A program made the translations under genes and the position numbers. Shown one piece after another: positions 54,044 to 64,000 of a stretch of 64,000 nucleotides of DNA. Source of the stretch: Octopus bimaculoides (Eukaryota). The notes beneath the pieces are model-generated. The model made no database searches. It was not told where the DNA came from and saw only the letters and a program-made list of their open reading frames with translations. The stretch covers positions 44,789,544 to 44,853,543 of the forward strand of contig NC_068995.1 of assembly GCF_001194135.2 (NCBI RefSeq), read 5' to 3'. Position 1 is the first letter of the stretch; every line of letters begins with the position of its first letter.

Positions 54044-55369
54044 GAAATAAGATTAAGATTAATGTAATATAAAGCTGAAGCAAATTAACACCAAATATAC
54101 AGTGCGTNNNNNNNNNNNNNNNNNNNNNNNNNNNNNNNNNNNNNNNNNNNNNNNNNNNNNNNNNNNNNNNNNNNNNNNNNNNNNNNNNNNNNNNNNNNNN
54201 NNNNNNNNNNNNNNNNNNNNNNNNNNNNNNNNNNNNNNNNNNNNNNNNNNNNNNNNNNNNNNNNNNNNNNNNNNNNNNNNNNNNNNNNNNNNNNNNNNNN
54301 NNNNNNNNNNNNNNNNNNNNNNNNNNNNNNNNNNNNNNNNNNNNNNNNNNNNNNNNNNNNNNNNNNNNNNNNNNNNNNNNNNNNNNNNNNNNNNNNNNNN
54401 NNNNNNNNNNNNNNNNNNNNNNNNNNNNNNNNNNNNNNNNNNNNNNNNNNNNNNNNNNNNNNNNNNNNNNNNNNNNNNNNNNNNNNNNNNNNNNNNNNNN
54501 NNNNNNNNNNNNNNNNNNNNNNNNNNNNNNNNNNNNNNNNNNNNNNNNNNNNNNNNNNNNNNNNNNNNNNNNNNNNNNNNNNNNNNNNNNNNNNNNNNNN
54601 NNNNNNNNNNNNNNNNNNNNNNNNNNNNNNNNNNNNNNNNNNNNNNNNNNNNNNNNNNNNNNNNNNNNNNNNNNNNNNNNNNNNNNNNNNNNNNNNNNNN
54701 NNNNNNNNNNNNNNNNNNNATATCCCCCCCCCATTCCTTTCTTTGCTCCTGCCACATCAGCCCTCCTGTCCGTCTGCTCCCCACCCTGCACTTGTCTTAG
54801 ACCCTGTAACAATTTCATGCCATTGTTATAGGAGATCCTGATGGTGGCGGTGGGGGTTGAAAATGTTACATATATTTGATAGTGGGGGGGAGGTGTTTCG
54901 AAGGTGGTGGTGATGCTGCTACTGCTGCTGCTGTTGGCAGTCTTAAACCAACTGTTAACCCAGCTGTAAAGTCATTTCATTTGACAGTCTATTAATGCCA
55001 GGAAAGGTATGCCGACAGAGCTGTGTGGTAAAGAAGCTTGCTTCCCAACCACATGCTTCTGGGTTCAGTCCCACTGCTTGGCACATTGGTCAAGTGTCTT
55101 CTACTATAGCCTCAAGCCAACCAAAGCCTTGTGTACAGAAACTGAAAGAAGCCTGTCATATGTAAATATATTTATATAAATGTTAATATCTCCATTTTCT
55201 AACTTTCTTTTGAATGATTATAAACCGTGATTTATATATAAACCTATTGTTTATGAATATTATTATTCACAACAAATATTAGGTATTAAACCAGAAATTC
55301 ATTGGATGATACCATCCCTTAATGAGGCTAATTTAACCTCTAATTGAATTTATATATATATTTATATAA

Positions 55370-55621
55370 ATTTACATTTGATGGATATTTGTCCTCATCT
55401 TGTTTGTTGTTAACACAACGTTTTGGCTGACATACCCTCCAGCCTTCATCAGGTGTCTTGGGGAAATTTCGAACCTGGGTTCTAATTCCTAAGGTATTTT
55501 TCGATGTTGTTGTTGTTATTATTATTCAGGTCACTGCCTGGAATCAAACTCGGAATCTTTGGGTTAGTAGCTCGTGCTCTTAACCACTATGCCATATGAC
55601 AAATATCTGTCAAATGTAAAT
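55370..55621 (-). mobile_element. tRNA-headed, HHR-containing non-autonomous retroelement with an inverted 3' end fragment
   Basis: Minus-strand A box TGGCATAGTGG (55584-94) and B box GAGTTTGATTCC (55540-51), then an (AAT)(AAC) linker and the HHR. 55370-55393 and 55598-55621 form a 22/24 inverted repeat. Confidence 0.65.
55412..55457 (-). ncRNA. Minimal type I hammerhead ribozyme with G12A core mutation (probably inactive copy)
   Basis: Minus strand: GACAC-CUGAUGA-A-GGCUG(GAGGGUAUGU)CAGCC-AAAA(for GAAA)-CGUU-GUGUU. Stem III is the loopless palindrome AACGUU and the triplet is GUU. The G-to-A change sits at a CpG. Confidence 0.7.
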
Positions 55622-55927
55622 AATGTACATAATTCATCTCTTAAAAATAGAACTATATATTTATATATTTACATGTATATCTGTGTTTGTTCCCTACTAC
55701 CACCACTTGACAACTAGTGGTGGTTTGTTTATGTCCCCTTAAATTCTGCAAAAGAGACCGATAGAATATGTACCATAAATATAAGTACTAGCGATCGATT
55801 CATTCCACGAAAACTGCTTAAAGGAGTGCTCCAGCATTGCTGTAGTTTAGTGACTGAAACAAGTATGAGATATACAGTCACACATTAGGCCTATCTTCAC
55901 TCTCCTAACCTCCCCTCTCTCTCTCTG

Positions 55928-55967
<40 letters not shown>

Positions 55968-56784
55968 NNNNNNNNNNNNNNNNNNNNNNNNNNNNNNNNN
56001 NNNNNNNNNNNNNNNNNNNNNNNNNNNNNNNNNNNNNNNNNNNNNNNNNNNNNNNNNNNNNNNNNNNNNNNNNNNNNNNNNNNNNNNNNNNNNNNNNNNN
56101 NNNNNNNNNNNNNNNNNNNNNNNNNNNNNNNNNNNNNNNNNNNNNNNNNNNNNNNNNNNNNNNNNNNNNNNNNNNNNNNNNNNNNNNNNNNNNNNNNNNN
56201 NNNNNNNNNNNNNNNNNNNNNNNNNNNNNNNNNNNNNNNNNNNNNNNNNNNNNNNNNNNNNNNNNNNNNNNNNNNNNNNNNNNNNNNNNNNNNNNNNNNN
56301 NNNNNNNNNNNNNNNNNNNNNNNNNNNNNNNNNNNNNNNNNNNNNNNNNNNNNNNNNNNNNNNNNNNNNNNNNNNNNNNNNNNNNNNNNNNNNNNNNNNN
56401 NNNNNNNNNNNNNNNNNNNNNNNNNNNNNNNNNNNNNNNNNNNNNNNNNNNNNNNNNNNNNNNNNNNNNNNNNNNNNNNNNNNNNNNNNNNNNNNNNNNN
56501 NNNNNNNNNNNNNNNNNNNNNNNNNNNNNNNNNNNNNNNNNNNNNNNNNNNNNNNNNNNNNNNNNNNNNNNNNNNNNNNNNNNNNNNNNNNNNNNNNNNN
56601 NNNNNNNNNNNNNNNNNNNNNNNNNNNNNNNNNNNNNNNNNNNNNNNNNNNNNNNNNNNNNNNNNNNNNNNNNNNTATATATATATATATATATATAGAC
56701 GGTTTAGATATAGATTCAAGGCTTGAATATGGTACTTATGCGAAGGCACCCGAATATCACATCCCAAAAGGATGGGTGATTAAA

Positions 56785-56832
56785 ATCAAATAATAAGCAA
56801 CACGGATTTATCCGTGTTGCTTATTATTTGAT
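56785..56832. repeat. Perfect inverted repeat, 23-bp arms with a 2-nt spacer
   Basis: ATCAAATAATAAGCAACACGGAT-TT-ATCCGTGTTGCTTATTATTTGAT. Confidence 0.95.
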
Positions 56833-57361
56833 ATATATATATATATATATATATATACATGCACACTCTACATATATGTGTGTATATATATATGTTTCTA
56901 TGTATATGAATACACACGCATGAACTATATATGCACACATACACACATTTACACATTACTCTTTACTGTTTCGTTGTGAAACCTTCACCTCCCTTCCATC
57001 TTATTCCTGAAATCCCCCACTTCCCCCCTTTTTCACACCCTCCCCTCCTCCATCAACTTAACAACAGCAAAGCCTATTGCTGCTGTTGGGTACACTAATC
57101 TCTGTGATCACAGTTTCAATACCTTCCCTACTCTCGACTCACTTGGGGTGTGGTGTTATTGTGGGTGTCGGTGCGGGTGGTGGTGCTGGTGGTCGTTGTG
57201 TGTGACCTTTTGCTGTTTTAATTAAAATCTTTATCTTATGTGATGTCTCACATCTTAATGATGTTTAATTAAACATCGTCATTCCACCACCACCACCACC
57301 ACCATTGCTGTGTTTAGACAATCATCTCAATGTTTCTTTGCTTTAAGTAGTTATTTTCTCT

Positions 57362-57413
57362 CTCTCCTCTCCACACAGATGTACACTCTCCTCTCCACAC
57401 AGATGTACACTCT
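57362..57413. repeat. Exact 24-bp tandem duplication
   Basis: CTCTCCTCTCCACACAGATGTACA twice. Confidence 0.9.
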
Positions 57414-57837
57414 GTGTGTGTGTGTGTGTGTGTGTGAAATAAATGGAGACTGATGTAATATTTCAAAAGAGAATATATTTCAAGAAGGCGCAAGCACATA
57501 AACAAAGAGATAGGCATGCACATACAAACACACACACACCTTTAATCACATTCTTGATTTCTTTCTCTTCAACAAATGCACCCTCCAAAAGCCTGTAACC
57601 TTTGTCTAAGGGGTTTCCCAACCCCTACCTTATCATAACTTCCCACCACACACTTGGTCAGTCCCTTCCAATCAGGCTCACCACCACCACATACATATGT
57701 GAAAGTACCTTACTTTCAACCCAGCGAGGCTGGCCAATGGCTACTTGCAGTGTCCCTTTCATTTCTCTGAAATAATATATTCCAGAACTATCTCTGGTCT
57801 TCGCAAAACACTTCTTATTTTTTCCTTTGTCTGTGTA

Positions 57838-58185
57838 TGTCCAACCACATGGTTTCGGGTTCACCCCACAAGTGTCTTCTATTATAGCCTTGGGCTGACC
57901 AAAGCCTTGTGAGTGGATTTGGTAGATGGAAACTGAAAGAAGCCTGTCATATGTATATATCTGTGTATGTGTGTTTGTGTTTGTCACCACTCCCCATCAC
58001 TGTTTGACAACTGATGTTAGTGTGTTTACATTCCCATAGCATAGCAGTTTGGCAAAAGAGACCGATAAAATAAATACTAGGCTTTAAAAAAAAAAGAAAA
58101 TCTTGGGGTCGATTTATTCAGTTAAAGCCCTTCAAGGTGATGCTCCAGCATGGCCACAGTCAAATGGCTGAAACAAATAAAAGAA
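57838..58185 (+). mobile_element. SINE family B
   Basis: Head to tail match. Other fragments: 1925-2090(-), 13845-13990(-), 17190-17262(-), 20755-20850(+), 39925-40070(-), 48760-48855(-), 60820-60945(+). Confidence 0.8.
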
Positions 58186-58341
58186 TTTAGGTTCTTCTTA
58201 GTTTTGCCTGCTGAGTAGAATGTTTTGCTGAGGGATTCTAAGATTAGAACAATGTCTGGTGCTTTCAGCTGCCAGCTTTAAAGATCAGATATCTCTTGAA
58301 ATCTTCATTGTCTATAAAGTAAGTAAAGACTGCATTTCGTT

Positions 58342-58628
58342 ATGAATGTCCATGGCATTGCACCTAGAAAGTTCCCCTCCAAGGCAGAAGTCTGCACAAA
58401 GTGGTTAATGGAAGACCAGCAGTCGTCAATGCCTACGAGCCTCCTTTCTCCATGCCACTGATGTCATCCAAGGAAAGGCAAAGGCCGATACAGCTTGGCC
58501 CTGGGTGAACTGGAACAATGTGAAATAAAGTGTCTTGCTCAAGAACACAACACACAGCCCAGTCCGGGAATTGAACTCACTACCACATGATTGTGAGCCC
58601 AGTGCTCTAACCACTGAGCCATGCACCA
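58342..58628 (-). mobile_element. SINE family A2, inverted copy (3' fragment also at ~44090-44185, head at 3343-3422)
   Basis: Reverse complement of the 23837-24172 head and body. Confidence 0.8.
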
Positions 58629-58760
58629 CCCTCATTGTCTAAAAATTTCAGATTTTGAATGCTTCCTCTCCTAGAGGGAGATTTTGTCTACTAGATGCTT
58701 GGATAATCTGCTGATTGCGGTTTTCCAGTTCCCTGTATTAAATGTGAGACTTTGTGTGTG

Positions 58761-58798
<38 letters not shown>

Positions 58799-59240
58799 GG
58801 GGGGAGAAGGAATATATTACCATGATAACAGTCATACATATGTATATATGCACAGTTTGTAAGTGTATATTACAACAATAACACTGTCTGTCTGTCTCTC
58901 TCTCTTCTCCCATTCTCGCTCTCTCTCTCTCTCTCCTTCTTCTTCTCCTCCCCTCCTGTCTCTTTTCATCCCCCCCCCCTCTCTCTGAATGTCTCGCTGT
59001 AGGAAAACATTTCACTGATAACAGAAAATATCTTTTATATCAGAATAAAAAAAAATTATCTTCAAAAATTAACCTTTAGCGTTTGTAAACTAGTTATTTT
59101 ATGGTGGATATCTTATAAACAAGTTGTGTGTGTGTGTGTGTAACAGATGAGACTGGTTTTTCCTTTTTGCTCAAAGCTTTGCTTTAACATTCTTTTAATA
59201 CAACAATTAGAATTAATTCAACATTATGTATGGAGTATGT

Positions 59241-59291
<51 letters not shown>

Positions 59292-59866
59292 TACATGGAG
59301 AAATCATGCCAAACTGAAACCCTGGATGGAACAAGAAGACATGGACTTCCGTCCAGGCCCATGGTGTCATGTCAAGCCACCCAACTCCTGTTATTATGGA
59401 AAGCAGATGTAAAATGATTAATAGTGTGTGTGTGTGTGTGTGAAAGAGAGAGAGAGCAAATACACATCCATTTGCAGAATATAAAGTCATCATCATCATC
59501 ATCAGCATCATTAACCATCATCATCCAATCAGTATCTGACCTTTCCAGTTGGTGATATATAGATACATATATATATATATATATATATGTCATGTCACAG
59601 TCTTCACACCCCAACACCCATTCTCTGTAACACACTGTGTGAACTCGGTGCCTCCCTCCCTTTTTTCTCTCCTCTTTTATGTGTGTGTGTGTGTGTGTGT
59701 GTGTGTCTGTGTGTGTGTGTCTGTGTGTGTGTGTGTGTGTCTGTTTGTAAATTCTCATGAATGGTTTCTTCTAGTACAGAGAAAAACCTAAAATGGGTGA
59801 CATTGAGAATTTTGTGGTGATTTAGCTGTCTCACCATAAATGTTCCCACTCGGCTAGAATGGCGCC

Positions 59867-59977
<111 letters not shown>

Positions 59978-61323
59978 GCAACAGCTTGCAGTAAATGTTT
60001 GTCACACCCTAACAATTTAGTTACTGTTATACTCCAATCCTGATAAAGGGAAGTAAGTAGGCAAATAGGGGCCAGTCCTGATATTAAGGTTTGCTGGTGG
60101 AAAACTATTTTCTTCTGTAGGCAAATCTATATCAATTGAACACGAGAGGTAAGGTTGGGTGTAAATATAACCCGAGGTTGGGCAGTGGTTGAGGTCGGTA
60201 CAGTTTATAGGTATATATTTGAGTTGTGGTAATTAAAAGTAGGTTAAGTCACTGGATGTATATGTGAACTGTGGTAACTTGATCTACACAAACTTTCACT
60301 TAAAGGTAAAAGCCGACATAATTGAACAATAACCAATAATAATTAACATCTCATTAAGTCTGTCAATGTCTGTGTGTTCCCTTACTTTTACTTCTTCGTT
60401 TTCTTTACTGTCTACTATAAAAGGTCAGGTGCTTTACAAACCTGTCTGGTGTGTACAACAACACTGCACGTATGCACACACATGCACAACATAATATATT
60501 TACATTCATACCAGTAATTATTGGTGTACTCAGTTATATTAGTGACTGTCTTAGTAACGGTCTGTAAGCAGAACAATGAAAATATGCAATACTTTCCTAA
60601 AGTTCACAAATAGCACATGTATTGTTATCCAAGTTCTAGTGACAGGGCTTTGTTTCTTTGTTAGAACCCAGCTCCTTCTGTATAGGAAGAACTCAAATGA
60701 TTAAAAATAGAAAACACACATGCACTGACTTTTCAACTATTCACATCTATTAACTCTTGGCCTCACATCTTAACAGTTCACCACACATAAATTTAATTGT
60801 TTACTCTTGAGCACTAACATGTGTTGCTTCATAACCATATGGTTTTGAGTTCAGTTTCACTACATGGCACCTTGGACAAGGCCTTGTTGGTGGATTTGGT
60901 AGATGGAAACTGAAAAAAAAAAAAAAAAAAGGAAAAAAAGCCAATGTGTGTGTGTGTGTGTGTGTGTGTGTTCATGCTGAATGTAGACAGCCATCAACCT
61001 TCATACAAAAACAGTGTCAATGGTTTACAATTTTCTGTGAAACCAAATCTGGCCATTGTGCTGTTTTTACATTTGAAAAACTCCGAGAAATATTATCTTG
61101 TTTGAAAACATGTAAGGTTGGTGACAGGAGAGGCAATGAATCTTGTCTGACCATCTTAGGAAGGTGGAGATTAAAACTATGTTGATAATGATATCATGAC
61201 TTACATTGCTCCCAAATGCCCACATGATTTAGTTTTAACATGTAGCTGAACTGTTTATTCCCATTCTGCCGTTCATACTTGCTCCATTAACTGATCACAC
61301 CTTAATTTGTTTTACCATTGCAG

Positions 61324-61480
61324 GTTGAAGCAGCATGTTCACCAATGCAACCAGAGTTACATGATATGGGGACAGATACTTGCAGCGTTGGTGTCATCAC
61401 AGAACCGGAGTGTCTTGGACCATGTGAACCTGGAACTAGTGTTACATTAGAGGGTATTGTCTGGCATGAGACAGAGAATG
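61324..61480 (+). CDS. ZNF608/ZNF609: Internal coding exon of a ZNF608/ZNF609 (Drosophila brakeless/scribbler) family gene
   Basis: Acceptor ...ttgttttaccattgcAG (61322-3) and donor GTAAGT (61481). The 157 nt read in phase 0 as [52 protein letters not shown](G). This matches the recalled family motif [35 protein letters not shown]. Missed by the ORF track because it is short. Confidence 0.93.
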
Positions 61481-61738
61481 GTAAGTGTTGACATTATACA
61501 TTCTTCATTGTTCTTCACTCGCTACTCTTCATTCCTTGCTTTTCACTCTTCACTCACTATTCTTCATCCCTTGCTCTTCACTCTTTACCCATCACTCTTC
61601 ACTCACTACTCATTACTTCATGATTTAGTAACTCACCATTGGAAATTTTACTTAAGAGAGTATTGTTTATACCTCAAAAACTAAAAATTACTAATATTCA
61701 AGTCTGTGTCTGTGTCTGTGTGTGTGTGTGTGTATGTA

Positions 61739-61800
<62 letters not shown>

Positions 61801-62421
61801 CATGTAACATTGCATGTTTATACATTATAGATTCATAAATCTATGCATTAATAAATTAATGCAATTAACTCTGCAGTTTGAAGTATCAAAATACTTTATT
61901 GGGTTTTCTATGAACAAGCACGAGCTCAGTATATCAATATATATGTATGTACACATATCAATATATATATGTGTGTGTGTGTACACATATATATATAAAT
62001 ATATGTGTGTGTGCGTGTGTGTTTATATATATATATATATAAATTGCTGTATTGAAAGCATAACTATTCTAATTTAATATTTTTTAACAATGTTTTCTCT
62101 TTATCTATGTACAGACCCCTTGTAGTTCTTTTAAAACAATATATTTTCCAAATTCATCCTTGTCAATTGTTCCCAGGCCATCTCAGCCTCATTATAAGGA
62201 TGAGAAGTGGTTTTGACTTCTGTTCAGGCACTTTTATAGTCAGCAGCTTATGTTTATGTAGACTTTGCCAGCAACACTTGACCATTAAAGCAGTTAGTTG
62301 TTCTTTATCATTGGATTTCCAGTTGCATTGAGAGTATGTTGTCTGGTAATTGTAGCCCTGTGTTGCCATATTAGAAATGCTTCAATAGTCAGTCTATTTC
62401 TTTGGGAGTATTCTATAAAGT

Positions 62422-62808
62422 GTGGAGGCACAATGGCCCAGTGGTTAGGGCAGCGGACTCGCGGTCATAGGACCGCAGTTTCGATTCCCAGACCGGGCGT
62501 CGTGAGTGTTTATTGAGCGAAAACACCTAAAGCTCCACGAGGCTCCGGCAGGGGATGGTGGCGAACCCTGCTGTACTCTTTCACCACAACTTTCTCTCAC
62601 TCTTACTTCCTGTTTCCGTGGTGCCTGTATTTCAAAGGGTCAGCCCTGTCACACTGTGTCACGCTGAATATCCCCGAGAACTACATTAAGGGTAGATGTG
62701 TCTGTGGAGTGCTCAGCCACTTGCACGTTAGTTTCACGAGCAGGCTGTTCCGTTGATCGGATCAACAGGAACCCTCGACGTCGTAAGCGACGGAGTGCCA
62801 ACAACAAC
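62422..62808 (+). mobile_element. Full-length tRNA-derived SINE (family A1; resembles octopus OR-type, from memory)
   Basis: A box TGGCCCAGTGG, B box GTTTCGATTCC, (CAA)n tail, and perfect 12-bp TSD ATTCTATAAAGT (62410-21, 62809-20). Confidence 0.9.
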
Positions 62809-63164
62809 ATTCTATAAAGTATGGAAGTATTTTTTGCTAATGTTTTCCCCATTTAGTTTTGTTTTATGGTGTATGGTCTATGAGTCATCCCTCCATAGAA
62901 AGGCCGCACAGAAGCCTAAACCAATCAGCATACTGAACATGGGGTTGAGTTAATCTGGAAATGCTGATAAAGATGAACTTGGTAACTGTTTTGCTTTGAA
63001 CAAAATGCTGGGTCTGAAACGTGAATACAATAAAACACTAATAAGAAAGAATAAATTGTAACAGTCTTGTTTCCGATATAACAAGTTTTAAAAGGACAGC
63101 TGTTCCCCATATATATATATATGTATCTGTGTGTGTGTAATGTATACATTAGTATGTTTGCCTG

Positions 63165-63197
<33 letters not shown>

Positions 63198-63417
63198 AAT
63201 GTATACATTTGTATATGTGTGTGTATGTGTATATATATGTACACATATGCTCACAACCACTCATGAATGTATAATCTGCTGTATATATTATCTCAGTAAA
63301 TATCTACTTCAATAGTCATGTCTGGAGCTGTCAATTGTCATAAAGATATTTCACCATTTTTGCAGAAGTGCAAACACACACACACACACACGTACACACA
63401 TTTGTCTGTCTGTGTGT

Positions 63418-63464
<47 letters not shown>

Positions 63465-63693
63465 CCACTATACTCTTTCTCATCTCTACTTCAGTGTGAG
63501 AGACATGACCAGACTAGCTGTTTGTAGGTTTCTATTTCAATATACACATCTCTCTCTCTCCCTCTCTCTACACACACACACATACGTGTGTTATAAATTT
63601 TCCTTCATAACTTGGCTGTCTTTATCAGGTTGTTTCGTCTCTATTGTGGAGATATTTCAATAACCTCAGGCTTACTTCTTAATAATGATGATG

Positions 63694-63735
<42 letters not shown>

Positions 63736-64000
63736 GCAATCTCAATAACAACTACTACTACAAAATGGCTGTGGAACTGGTAACTGGTCTATTAGGTTGT
63801 AGATAATAAAAACCTACCTGAGATTGATTCTGGCACAACAGCAACTGAATCTGAAATCTATAAAGTGTGTTTTGACTCGAACTAATATTTCATCTGTAAA
63901 TAGATGCCGACCCTAACAGTTCCAGGTTACTGCTTTGCTACAGCTGACTACACACTGTTTCACATCTATGGAAATATTTCAACAGAGATTTTTATCCATT

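Larger units (their letters stand above)
55015..55865 (+). mobile_element. SINE family B split by the HHR-containing insertion
   Basis: Head at 55015-55158 and tail at 55680-55865, with the ~0.5-kb insert in its internal microsatellite. Confidence 0.75.

Noticed and set aside
62422-62495. tRNA gene candidates (also 23837, 53884, 55530)
   Set aside because: They are SINE heads: degenerate cloverleaf, no acceptor stem closure or terminator, and they continue into SINE bodies.

Overview
AT-rich, gapped eukaryotic genomic DNA full of microsatellites and SINEs. The repeat landscape suggests an Octopus-type cephalopod genome (inference). I can support only one host coding exon: 61324-61480 (+), with canonical AG/GT ends, encoding the conserved ZNF608/ZNF609/Brakeless(Scribbler) motif '[26 protein letters not shown]'. 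The rest of the window is probably one very large intron (or upstream region) of that gene. It holds at least four SINE families, piggyBac-, hAT- and mariner-type MITEs, a decayed RTE LINE and a Tc1/mariner transposase stub. Almost all ORFs in the supplied track are microsatellite or N-gap artefacts. The most unusual signal is a set of minimal type I hammerhead ribozyme (HHR) motifs. One has an intact core at 53999-54043 (+). Another lies inside a tRNA-headed (Pol III A/B box) element at 55370-55621 (-) flanked by a 24-bp inverted repeat, which looks like a SINE/retrozyme hybrid possibly mobilised by Penelope-like elements. Two further decayed HHR-like families are present. Other points of interest are inverted SINE and MITE pairs that could form ADAR substrates, and a YCAY cluster just downstream of the exon.
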